Of a stretch of DNA of 64,000 nt, positions 48,346-62,343 are shown piece after piece. The translations under genes were made by a program, and so were the position numbers. The DNA lies in NCBI GenBank assembly GCA_001687465.1, contig LVLI01000290.1, positions 1-64,000 of the forward strand, written 5' to 3'. A model generated the notes under the pieces. That model saw only the letters and a list, made by a program, of their open reading frames with translations, did no database searches and was not told where the DNA came from. Position 1 is the stretch's first letter; every line of letters begins with the position of its first letter. This DNA comes from Halocafeteria seosinensis. Its lineage: Eukaryota.

Positions 48346-48366
48346 AACAAACAGACCCCAAACTTG

Positions 48367-49687
48367 TCAAATAGTCTTGTCTGCAAACTCAAAATCTGTT
48401 GGCGTTTCTATCTTTTCTACACCGGCGTATTTCTTAAGTTTGCTACTGAACAGTGTAGGGAGTAACGCCACCAGCGAAATACAGAACAGCTTCAGAAACA
48501 TCCAGAAATCAATAACCGGGTTGTCTGTGGAAAGCTGTACGACAAAACAGAAGAGTTGAAAGCAGGACGATCTTTCACTTGTTACTTGAAGGAATGCGTT
48601 TACCTGTTCCAGAATGCTTCCAGCATTCACCGTGATGAAGTTATACGGAAGCAGTCCAATTGACATAGATAGCCCAAAATAGTGTACTGGCACACCAACC
48701 TGCAAAATGCAATGTTATCGTGTGACACAAAAGACGATGCTTATTTGTCCGCCAGGAAATGTAATAGACATCATAATGACGTACCCAATATGATGCCATA
48801 TTAAGAAAGAAATTCGGTGTCGCCGGAAACAAGCGTAAAAATAATAAGTAAAAGAAGAGAGTCCCTTCAGAATACGCTTGTTGCACTCTTGCTTGAAATC
48901 CCGTTACCTGGGCTTTAATCTTAGGTTGCCTTACGACAGGTCCAGCAAACATGCTGCTCAAGAGAAAGCAAAACGTTCCTCCTGGGAGAAACCATGGCAG
49001 AACACACTTCCGATGTATAGACGAATTGTCACTCGCAACAAGCTCCGACGACTTACCTAAAGCACAGAATATACTGGTTGCTAGCGTCCCCAGGACTGTA
49101 CCGAACAGGACGCCCGCCGTGACATTCAGAATCAGGCTTCCAGGAATCGCAAACGTCTGCTTAAATGTGTACAGGACGACAAAGGCAAAAAACACCAGAG
49201 TTTGATGTTTCTCCACTCCTGCTCGAAGAATATGGGAGACGTCCTTCAATTCCTCCAAGTTCTTTGGCCAGTGCAGCTGTTTCGATTCTTCCTCGGAGAA
49301 ACAAGTTGTACTGCAATAGATACACACAAGTTCATCACCCGTACACAATGACCAAAAAAACCAAACACTCTTGTTTTTTCCTCACATTGTGAATCGGCCA
49401 ATAAGGAGCAGTATCGTCAAGGATCCGACGAAAACCAGAGCCAAATACAGTATCGACAACTTCAAAGACTGCTCTGAAGCATGTTTCCACAGCTCTTTCC
49501 GATTGAGAATGCCCGGTAATACAGCCCCTGCTGGAGGGGAGGGACCCTTGGACATTGGAGATGCTCTTCCCGAGGTTGAAAGGGAGGATAAACCAGTGTT
49601 TATGTGACTATGAGACTGAGAATGAATATCGTGAATACTGGCGCCTCCACGAGCTGCTCCAAATAAACACGATTCCGATTCATTCAT
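48367..49687 (-). CDS. TMEM41: TMEM41/VTT (SNARE-associated) membrane protein; several introns; alternative ATG at 49555
   Basis: YTFKQTFAIPGSLILNVTAGVLFG; YLLFLRLFPATPNFFLNMAS; GLLPYNFITVNAG. Confidence 0.9.
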
Positions 49688-49866
49688 GTCTGAGGAAAGA
49701 TACTACACGCTACTAACGGTAGTCAGGTAGGTTATCGTGTGCAGATGCAGCTATTATCCTATCAATCAGTCTAACAAAGCTATCACTGATAGACAATAAA
49801 CTCTCAACTTCACAAAGCAGTCAGGTAGGATTGTGCGTATTACCCGGAATTTCGGGTCGGAAATAC

Positions 49867-51493
49867 CTAAAGTTCTTCCTTTCCAGAGTTCGAGGAAGAT
49901 GATTTACTATCCGATTTGGTGGATGTCTTCTTTTTCTTCTTCTTGGAAGATATCTTCTTGGGACGGGCGCGTTTGGGTTCTTCCGATGAAGAGTCACCAC
50001 CTTGTGCAGTATCTTGGCCAGCACCCTTCTGATCTGCAGTCGAGTCTGCGACAGGACTCGTATTTACCAAGCGAGGCATTTTAGGTAGTTCTTGTTGAGG
50101 GACATTTCCATCAAGTAGATCAAGAACAAAATGACGAATGGTGCCGCTATCGAAGGCGCCTTTCATTACCGAGTACCGCTTCTTCCTTGGATTGATCGCG
50201 ACCACAGCGGGTGTGATGGGGATGTCGAAGACTTCGATGAACTCAGTCTGTGCTCCTCCTTCTAGTAGTGCAAAATTAATTGGCAAACGTTCTACCTGTA
50301 CGTTACCGCCTCGGGCAGCTTCCTCCATATCACTCCGGACGTAAGCCCTATCCGCAGCCTGACTGAACGTAGACGCTTCTTCGTGATTGTTCACCTTCCC
50401 TATCCGGCTACTCGTTACGCCAATTAAACAAACTCCCCCTTTCTGCTCGCAGTATTTATCGAAATCTCCGATGGACCTTATCACCGGGGCAGTGAACGGG
50501 TCTACATGTTTGTCTATGAATGCAGCTAAATCGTTGTAGTTCATCGCCCCATCGTACTTCTTCCAGCGATACGTCTGAGGAACGTCCTCTACTTTCGCGC
50601 TCTTTGACTTAAGTTCTTCCGGAGGAGCAGAGTCATATCCGGAAGGACCAACCAGTAACGTAGGGTACTCCGTCACTCCGAATGCTTTAGCCAACTTTTC
50701 CATATGGTTGGAGGCTTCACCAAACACCGCTCGGCGGTCATAGTCTAAGGACAACTTCTTGTACAGAGCACTAGCCCCAAGGTTTTTGGTAAATAGGAGG
50801 ACGTGAGGAAGAGCAGGTCTGTCATCCAAGAACTCGCTCAATCGCCGTTCGTCAACAGTCCTCGACTGCAGATACACGGACTCTTGTGAACTTCTACTCG
50901 ACTCAGTGTATACGTTGTACAATACTTACGAGGCTGGGCACAAATGGTTTCAGCTGCTGCCACATGGTCTTTGCTCCATATTGAGATAGCTGTAGTAGTA
51001 CCTGGGGAGGGACTGTCAATGCTTGGTCCAGCTTCTTGGGTCCGTATCCTGGTCACCAAAGCGAAGATACCGGTTATCAACTTGGACGTACACGTTGTTG
51101 ATGCAGGTACCTACCGTAGATGAGCAATCCTGGGAGTGCAATCTGTTCTTGGGTGGCATTGAAGACCTCAAATAGATCCACGATTCGTTGGTAGTCGCCC
51201 TCACTATCCTCTACTGCCTCATTGAAATTAATTATTCCAAAGTTGACCAATCCTGCCACATTTCTCGCGGTTTTATCCAGCGTGTTCTGGATATTGATGC
51301 AATGGGGGCAGACATCCCCGGAGGCTGAAACATACACGAACGAAACATCATCGTCCTCCAGTATCTGCTGATGGAACTTATCCCCTTGGATACGTGTTAA
51401 ACTGCTTTGTTCGGGAGCATCTTCGGCGCCAGAACTTTCCATGGCAGCTACTACGAGGATAGCCGCTATAAGGGCTACTCCCACTCCTCTCAT
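49867..51493 (-). CDS. ER-luminal thioredoxin-fold (PDI-like) protein; 2 introns
   Basis: Signal peptide, CPHC motif, further Trx-like domains (FGVTEYPTLLV), C-terminal KEEL retention signal. Confidence 0.8.
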
Positions 51494-51685
51494 TCCAGCC
51501 AAACTTTGCTGACACTAATATCACACTCTGCACTATTCTCTCCCGAGTTAATCCAAGTGCATAACTCTACAAAACCATCAAATCGGACGTATGGAGTGGA
51601 TAGAACATTGAACTAGGACGGGGTTGTTGTTCACACACGTGTCGCATTAGTGTTCATACGTAGTATTTCTCCATACCACGGCATA

Positions 51686-54436
51686 ATGTGCCACGGGATA
51701 GCCTTGCCCGTCTTTACCATCGCCTTACTGGCGGCGCCCGTGCTACTGTATGACATACATACTCCTCCTATGGCATCGTGGTGGAGAGCGTTGAAGGTAC
51801 GACGCCCTCCATTGTCACGACAGGAAGAGACTATGCAGCGCTCAGGTGGAGAGAAGGGTGAAAGTACAGTCCCCAAGGGGGCGATAGACCCTCATGAGGG
51901 ACTGGTCAATTTTGTACAGGTATGTAGAGAAGATGACGTTCTCCCCCCGTAGTTCAACTAAGGCTCTAGAGTTAGCTTTCGGAGGCAAATAATTGACTTG
52001 AGCTGAAATTGGTGTCCATTTTGTTGCAGATATCAGACCTTCATATCTCCAAGTATAACACAGAACGAAGCAAGCGGCTAAGCAGATGGTTCTCGAACGC
52101 TTTGCCCATGCTCCAACCAAAGTTCTTAATCGTTTCTGGCGACTTAACAGACGCGAACCGAATGATAACTATTGATGACCCTTTTGAAGCCCGTGGTCAA
52201 ATCCCTGAAGAATGGATGCAATACCATGAGTTTATAAGCAAATACGCAAAGAAATTACCGGTGTATGATATTCGGGGAAACCATGATGCTTTCAACGTTC
52301 CATCGTGGGACAATGACCACAAGAACTATTTTAAGCAGTACAGCTCCAGAGCAGATTCACGTGAGAGGCATTATAGGTTTGATTATAAAGATGACTATGG
52401 CTATGTGCATAGGTAAGCTTGAGGCCATCAATGAGTGTACCAACTTCTTTTACTACGGCCCCCGAATTATGCTCCAGTTTTGTGTTCATCGACGCCGTGA
52501 TTGAACCCGCTCCCACGCGTCACTTCTTTGGAGAGTTAAAACAAGCAGATCTTGATACGATGGAAGAGCTACTTGATAAAGCTCCGGTGCCTCATACGAA
52601 AACAGTCGTATCTCACTATCCGTATAATTCTATTCATAGTTATCACACAAGCACTGCCGGGCGTTCACTTGAAGACATTTTGGAGCATTATGGGGTCATG
52701 TCTATGTTAAGTGGTCATTTACATCACCTGAGCTTCATTCCCCCCATGTATGCCCGTCACCCGTAAGTCGATATTTATGAGAATTCCGCGTCGCCGTCCT
52801 TGCTGATGGATCTTCTCTGCAATGGAACCTCCAGCGCTGGAACCCTGGAACTCGAGCTAGGAGACTTCAAATGGAATTCTATCTTCCGCATAGCCGCATT
52901 CGACAGAGGTAATTTCGCTTTCAAGGATGTTACTTTGAATAGTTTCCTTGCGAGACCAACGGTGCTCGTCACGTCTCCTGTGGATTGCCGATTCGGTACA
53001 CCATTCGGAGCACCACTCTCTACAGTGATGGAAGAACATGGAGAAACGAGTATCCGGTTTATCATTTTCTCTTCAGAAACCATATCGTATGTATCATTCG
53101 ATAGAAGCAGCTGCTACATTATCAGGAAGTAACGACAGTACCCTGAATTGACATCTGCAGTGGCGTGCAGGTGGAGATTGACTCAAGAGTGGTAGGAGCC
53201 TCGGGGAGTGGCGTCGACACTAAGACATCGGCCATCGGGGTTAAAGAGATACGGACTAGTCCATTGAGAGGAAAGGTTGAACAGAAACAGAAAAGTTCGC
53301 CATCGACTTCGAACGGTGGTGTTGTGTATGCTATGCCTTGGCCTAACAACGTTGAGCTCACAGATAACTGCGGTGTGATTAGCGTCAAAGTGTTGTATGC
53401 TAGCAAATACGTAAGTGTTTATGCTTGCAATTTTCGCGTATTCTATTCTCTACATCGATATCCTGCACGCAGATAATGGAAGAAAGGATACGTTTCTGTA
53501 AAGACGGAACTATGCGTGAATTACCTTCGCGATTCCTGCAGTGGTACGTCAACCAGCAACACCAGCCTACAATGAGATAGGATCGACGGCAGTTCAATGT
53601 TTCGCTTCAGGTTCATGACCCGATCATTTCGAGATATTGTGGGGACCATCGCTTCTTTTGCCACATTTTCCGTCACATATATGGGCCTAATTGGTGCTTG
53701 GATATTCAAGCTTCTGCTCGGCAGAGGATATTTCCAGGGACAATTGCAGGAGAGTGGGAGAGCCGGTGTTCTAAATCTGACCACACTCAAATCAGCCGCG
53801 GTATCTTTCTTGTGCAAGATTTACGGTCCATATGTAGTATTTATGAGCATATTTCCGAAATCGTTTTACTTGGTTCTCTACTCGTGCGTCCATACGGCCG
53901 TTGGCCCGTGGTTTTTTGGAAGACTATTTGACGGCGAATGGGCAGCGCTCTTTTCCTGGGGACATGTCACGTTCGATGGCACTGTTTTACCCCATTTAGA
54001 TAGTGACATTTACATTTCCCAGATTATCGTCCTGGGTATGGCTCCTTTCCTACAGCTAATGTCCATGATTGCCGTGCGAGAACTCCGCTTATCTAATTGT
54101 GCTGTGAGACTAGATAATGATCGCATTTTTCTTAGGGCTACCAAGGATAAAGCAATCGTTGCCTCTGTATGGACGGACCAGGAAACGGCGCGTCCTCGAA
54201 TTCTCGTATCGAAGGGCGATGTGCAAAGTCCCACCGGGATTTTCGGTATACCGTTACTGATCCTCCTCAGTTTAGTCTTTTTAGTTAATATGCGCTTTAA
54301 CGCTGTATTTCATGGTCTGGAGGCTGCAATTTTAAGTCCGTTGTTTTGGTTGCTTTTCATTCAGTTAGTAGTTGCGATTAGGATGACATGCTGTGCCCCC
54401 TGGAGGAGGATTCAGACCCATCCGAAAGTGAAGTAA
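51686..54436 (+). CDS. TMEM62: TMEM62-like calcineurin-type metallophosphoesterase with C-terminal TM region; several introns
   Basis: ISDLHIS, SGDLTD, RGNHD, SHYP, SGHLH, ELELGDFK…FRIAAFD, GPWFFG. Confidence 0.85.
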
Positions 54437-55020
54437 TGGTTCTGCTTGGACACACTGCTGGAACCATGCAGCGAACAGATGAGACACCAGCATTGGGTGT
54501 AAGAGAGCCATGTTTTCTGCAGAAATACATAGCCATTTAGGTCAGCCCAGACCAGCGGTTGACGGACGAAGAAACAGCATTAAAAGCAAAGCCACGAAGC
54601 ACAGCACTTCTCCGTGTAAACCCTTACGTTTTGCCCCCAGCACAGCGCTTCGGACAATTCGATGCAACGCCATACGCAAGCCCGCGTGCAAGTTGGTTAG
54701 ATCGCGTACCACGCAAGTATACAGTTTCGTACCAGTGATACAGTCGATAAGAGCGTGCCTGATCTGATACATACATTTTTTTTTTGTCTAAAATCATACA
54801 CTGAAATGTAGACTATTTCTTTCTTTCCTTTCGTTCGTCGTTGTTTCCTACCCGTACATTGCCACTCTCGTCTCTTCCTTCCTTCGTCTCGGAGATTGCT
54901 TCGCCTAAGCTGCCAGAGTTGAAGTTGCTGACAAAGATACCCCTAATACACACGCGTCTACCCTGTCGGCTTGTTGTCATCTCCACAAAAAAAAAGCAAG
55001 CAACTTTTGAGCATCAAAAA

Positions 55021-56510
55021 ATGAGTGCCCATAAACCGAGTGAAGCCGCTGTACGCGCATTCAATACGCATAAATGGGAGCTTACCCAGATCATGCTCCG
55101 GATCAAAGATCCGGCCAAAACTGTGCCCTTTTATCAGAATAATTTCGGTATGACGCTCGTTCATAAGCTGGACATGCCTTCGGCGAACTTCTCTCTGTAT
55201 TTCCTGGCTACGTTGGATGAGGAGGAGAAGAAGGTAAGCCAAGTTCAGCTGAATCTTGTTTCTCTGGGGACGTCACGTGGGAAGCCTTGTGTCTCGTACA
55301 GAACTGGCCTGAAGCTGGTACAGATGAAAGCCGTACCGCAATGAAGGCCTGGGATGGATGTGTGCTCGAGTTAACCCACAACCATGGCACGGAAAATGAT
55401 CCAGACTTCCAGTATCATAATGGCAACACGGAACCGAAGGGATTCGGACACATTGGATTCCTCACCGATGATGTGTATAAATCATGCGAAGCACTGGAAG
55501 CCGCGGGAGTGGAATTCCAGAAAAAACCAGATGATGGAAAAATGAAGGGCCTTGCTTTTGCAAAAGACCCCGATGGGTAAGCAAGCTTCTTCCCACTCTC
55601 CGTTCGGCCACTTCAGTGTGTTTCTTACCTTCCCTTGTGCGTGCAGATATTGGGTGGAAATCATTAAGCGTGAGCAGTCTCCTTATCAACCTTCTCCTCG
55701 CACTGGTTGGTCTCTTCAACAAGGTACGACAAAAACCCTTTGACGGTCTCGTCACATGCTCAGACAGATACCGCCTGCAGGAATGATTCGCATTAAGGAC
55801 CCTAAGGTCAGCGTTCCTTTCTACGAAAAACACTTCGGTATGCACTACGGTACTACATCCTAAGTGCTAATGCTATTTCTGTCGACTGATCGATGCCCTT
55901 TGCAGCTATGACACTGATCTGCGAACGTCATTTCCCGGAAATGGGGTTCTCCCTGTACTTCCTGTCCCGGGAGCCTGAAGGTACTACAAATGTGTTTAGT
56001 TCTCCGTCTAGTAGTTACCCATGCTCAAGACTGATGCTGCGTGCAATTACAGGGAAAGAACTCCCAGACCCAAAGTCGGACGAGGGATGGAAATACTGCA
56101 TGAGCATTCGTGGCACCGCTCTTGAATTGACCCAGTAAGTCGAAGTGCTTGGTGCAGCCGAGCTGGGTGACATATATTCCTCCTTTCCCACTGCTACAGT
56201 AACCATGGGTCTGAAAATGACGATTCTTTTACTGTAAACAATGGAAATGTTGAGCCTCACCGTGGTTTTGGGCATTTCGGCTTTTATTGCAATGATGTAT
56301 ATGCTGCCAGCGAACAACTTGAAAAGGAAGGGGTTGCGTTCCAGAAGCGTCCCGATGAGGGAAGAATGAAAGGACTTGCTTTCGCCAAAGGTTAGTTCCA
56401 TTTCTATTGAATCCGACCATGTTGCGCTTTCGTATGAACTTTGGTGTGATGACATGCCAGACCCGGACGGCTACTGGTTGGAGTTGATTAGAAGAGATCC
56501 ACCCAAGTAA
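55021..56510 (+). CDS. GLO1: Lactoylglutathione lyase (glyoxalase I), two-domain; 7 introns
   Basis: Twice: QxMx[19 protein letters not shown], GFGHxGF, [16 protein letters not shown]. Confidence 0.95.
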
Positions 56511-56650
56511 CAGCTTGGGATTCAAACCAAGGGGAGTCCCTCCATTGGGCTGTAACGCCACATAGTTCAGACGGATGAAGAAAAGAAAATTAGAATGTAC
56601 TCAATTGTGCCATTTAGTTCCCCTATGTATGTTAGGATAGCGTTAAGCAT

Positions 56651-58504
<1,854 letters not shown>

Positions 58505-59163
58505 CTTGGGTGGGAACTCTGAAACCAGGGATGAGGGCAGAAATACGCTTGATAGACGCCTTTCAGGTCTTATATAAACTTCAACTTGAGTTGTTTTTGG
58601 GGGGCAATGGGGGGCGCTTCAACAAATAACTCTATTGTACCAGGCGTTCGGTCACGAAAACACACAAGCGGTCCATTCAGTTTCGCACTAGACACTGCGT
58701 ACAGTGGAAGCATTCGCGATGAGAATCATTCAATCAACCCCACTGGCAAAACGTATTCTGAGAACCTGAGGCCGTATTACAATCTCCGGACCCCGGGCCC
58801 CTGACCCCCGACGCGGTCCCCCCCTAGCTGCTGACGACAATTCCACTCTCCAACGGATCATAAACGATTTATCCTACCTGATCTAAGGGTGTGTCTTATT
58901 AATGGAAGTTGAAAAAGGTGAACTTTGCCCTACCAAACGACAAAATCTGGTGGCTTATTAAGGAAAGTTGGTGAAAAGTTACCACCCTCGCTCTCTCAGG
59001 ATTCCGCATCTGGTCCAAATACTCTGGGTAGTGTGAAGTACTTCATTTATAGACCATAAAATGAAGGTACTTGTTACCAGGTCGGGTAAAAAACCAAACC
59101 CGAAACAGAAAGAAGCATCATTTCCCGAAAAGGATCTGGTTGGCAGTGTTTGCTTGCTCGAAA

Positions 59164-60480
59164 ATGGCGGACATAGATCCAGGGCATCTATCAGGAGCCA
59201 GCCGCCTCCTGTATCTGTATTTTCACTGGTATATGAACACCGGCCAGAGGAAATATGTACCACTACAAGACGAAATTCAGTATTGGAAAGAGATACTCCC
59301 TTCGGAATTCGGCAGGCTGCATACATATCCTTGGCCTCGCTGTCAAGTGGTGTCGAGCGCCACGAATAGTGCCGTTTTGGAAGCAATCCGACCATATCCT
59401 AATTTCGAAGGACATCTTCGTTTGGTCCACGCCGCATACTGTGGAGGAAGCACAACTGATACTGGAATAAGTGGGGCATGGGACCACGGAGAGGAGATGA
59501 CCCCGGACACGGAGCTGGCTAGAAATCGCTACTCCATTACCGACGAGGTATTTCGTCATTTCCCGTCTATTGGGTGCTTAACACTCGTCGAGGGTGGTTT
59601 ATCCCCAATCTCAGATGCCGCATTCGAGCATCTTTCCAGGCTGACATATATGTCCATGAGCGATTGTGACACTCCGGAAATAACGGATTACGCATTTGAA
59701 CACTTGCCTCATTTAAAATGTTTGGAACTCGATAAATGCACCCAAAGTACCATCACAGACGCGGCATTTAAACCTTTATCCGCACTAAGGTCTTTAACGT
59801 TGTCAAGGTGCACTCAGTCAACGATCACTGACGGAGCCTCCGAGTACCTGCTTCAGTTAACTTCGCTGACGCTGAGGGCACAACCGACAATTACCGATAC
59901 GACGCTTCATAATCTTCGTTCTCTCAAGAGGCTGGACATGTTTGGTTGTTCGCAGACCACTATTACAGATGCTGGTTTTGAACATCTGTCACGTCTAGAG
60001 TACTTGAGTATTGTGGGTTGTAACCAGTCAACGATCTCGGATAATGCGTTTCGGCACTTGTCCAACTTGAGATTCTTAGATATGACTGGCGCAACGCAAT
60101 CAGCAATTAGCGATAAGGCATTTGAGCATTTGCTTAAGCTACAAACGTTGAAGATGCAGTTCTGTGAACAATCCACCATCACGGATGCAGCCTTCACCCA
60201 CTTCTCGCACTTACAGTCGTTGAGCATGAGTTCGTGCGATCAATCAACCATCACAGATGAAGCTTTTCGGCATTTATCGAGCTTGACTTATCTAGACATG
60301 AGTAAATGCAATCAGCCAACCATCACGGATAATGCATTCCGGCATTTGCATCAAGTGAAGTCTTTGAACATGGGGTTTTGCTCTCAAACAACGATAACAG
60401 ATGCGGCTAAAACGCATCTGTCAAAGGTACGAAGCTTGGTTGATTGGCCAAAGTCTGCGGCATTCAGTTTTGGATTCTAG
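59164..60480 (+). CDS. Leucine-rich repeat protein, about 13 repeats of 24 aa, intronless (first ATG 59164; ORF open from 59071)
   Basis: Consensus STITDxAFxHLxxLxxLxMxxCxQ repeated in tandem. Confidence 0.9.
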   Translation: MADIDPGHLSGASRLLYLYFHWYMNTGQRKYVPLQDEIQYWKEILPSEFGRLHTYPWPRCQVVSSATNSAVLEAIRPYPNFEGHLRLVHAAYCGGSTTDTGISGAWDHGEEMTPDTELARNRYSITDEVFRHFPSIGCLTLVEGGLSPISDAAFEHLSRLTYMSMSDCDTPEITDYAFEHLPHLKCLELDKCTQSTITDAAFKPLSALRSLTLSRCTQSTITDGASEYLLQLTSLTLRAQPTITDTTLHNLRSLKRLDMFGCSQTTITDAGFEHLSRLEYLSIVGCNQSTISDNAFRHLSNLRFLDMTGATQSAISDKAFEHLLKLQTLKMQFCEQSTITDAAFTHFSHLQSLSMSSCDQSTITDEAFRHLSSLTYLDMSKCNQPTITDNAFRHLHQVKSLNMGFCSQTTITDAAKTHLSKVRSLVDWPKSAAFSFGF

Positions 60481-60870
60481 GTCCTGTGGCATCATAATGG
60501 GACAGATCTGTGACGATTTTTTAGAGGTGTGGCCGAAAAATCTTTTCTTCTGCATCAGAATGGCCGACAAATGCTCCTATTTTTCAAATGTAGCCGGATC
60601 CGGTAGTTTGCTTTTTCAAAATGGTCAGATACGGGACATACAGTTTGTGAAATAGACAAAGTATGCTTAAATATTTTTAAATATGAACCAAAGACGTTTC
60701 GTCATCCCAAAAATGACCCACTTGTTGCCGCACAATATATCCAATGTCAATGTGTGTTAAGCTGATACTGCGTACTGGTAATTGGTGCGCAGAAAGTATA
60801 TTTACAGTATTCATAAAAACAGGAAAATGACTTGTGAATGGACATGCAGAGTTAGCGGTTCTCGCAATAT

Positions 60871-61450
60871 TTATGCGGAACTCATTGTCGTCAATCTTCC
60901 TGCTGCCGACGCGCTGATATTTGACGCGGCCCTACGAGGGTGCAACGGGCACGATGTATTCCTCTTGTTATGCCCAAATTGTTTGCACTTTGAGCACTTA
61001 GTGGCCCTGCGCATTGTTTGCTCATCAATTCCTCGAAACCGTTCATGGTTTCGTGCGCGCCCAGGCCCACCCGGAGCTAATGAGGAGGATAATTCTCTCA
61101 TACGAACCTTCTGGAGCTATTCCCGGTCGGGGCGTGTGGTTATCAATGCGTGCGCAGACGATTACAAGGAACTTACTTTTGCAGTGTGCAAATTTTGCGA
61201 ATTGCTGTCTCCTTCAACTAGGGAACTCCCAAGCTCCGGGTGGTCTGTAGAACCTTGTGCTCGTCGTTGTCGAGTCTTTCCTCAGCACGGCTACCTCGTA
61301 CCTGCAAGTGACACCGAACATGGTACTCTTCACGACTGTCCGCATGTAGTATATGGTTATTTTACATGCGTGGAGCCTAGCTGGATAAGTTCCCCACATG
61401 CCCGGAAGCACAACATAAATCCTCATGAAACTCCGTTTGGTTTGCATCAG
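60871..61450 (-). mobile_element. Mutator/MULE transposase C-terminal relic
   Basis: PGRARNHERFRG…KCSKCKQFGHNKRNTSCP (basic segment + CCHC knuckle), preceded by a degenerate SWIM-like CGELIQLG; many stops. Confidence 0.5.
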
Positions 61451-62343
61451 GGTCCGTACATAAATAGTGAACTGAGTATGTCCGCCGACATTGTCCGATA
61501 CATGTATAGCATTTCGCGTGAGACTGGAGCCCTGGACGGTCAGGTTTCCAACTACGGAAGGAGGGGATGCTTGCAATAGCGTAGAGAGACACCTCCTGAA
61601 GGGCCTAAGGGTACACATTTTCTGTCAGATTCTTCGGACAGTGAAGACAATGAGCAGCGAAGCATGGAAAAAGATGGAAAGTGGGAGGTTGGAACCGAAA
61701 GCTGTCTCAGCTACTTCTTCGACGACATCAACTGCTACTTCGGTGAACATTATTCCGGATCCTCTACGGTCCACAAGTAAGGATGGCTAAGCACCACCGC
61801 AGCAAATCGCTGTCCGTGTCACACGCACATTCTACTTTGATGACTCTAACAGGTACCGAACACCGGTCGGGATATGAACGGGGGACGTCGGATTCGCACA
61901 GTGGAACAATAAGGAAGGTTTCAAGTACTTTAATCTGGGCTATGATGACGAAAATGAGGTGGACGGAATCTCTGGGGAGCCCCCTCCCGCGTCAGGTGGA
62001 GGCTTACGTAGGTAAGTATTGTTAGATGTAAACTTGTACTTTATTTATTCTCCGTCCTCTTCCTTCTGTTATTATCATTTGTCTTTTTTATTTGGTGCCC
62101 TGGGGGTCATTTATCTCATCGTAATCTATCGGCCGAAGCACTGATACTGTACATGTGTCAAACGCCCAACCGAAGTGTCTCTCCGTTCAATACCCTGAGC
62201 CTACCCGAATTCTGGACATTCTAGAGGACTGTGATTTCGTAACCATCAGAGGCAGAGTGGGGCGCTTCGTGCTCACCTAGATTGTGGTGCTTTGCCCAGC
62301 ACTCGTACTTGTGCGAACGTGTTGAGCGGCGAAAAAGGGCGCA

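Noticed and set aside
58595..58830. G-rich/C-rich ends suggesting a MITE or Helitron 3' end (…cccCTAG)
   Set aside because: No clean TIR or TSD, and the CTAG is not followed by T.
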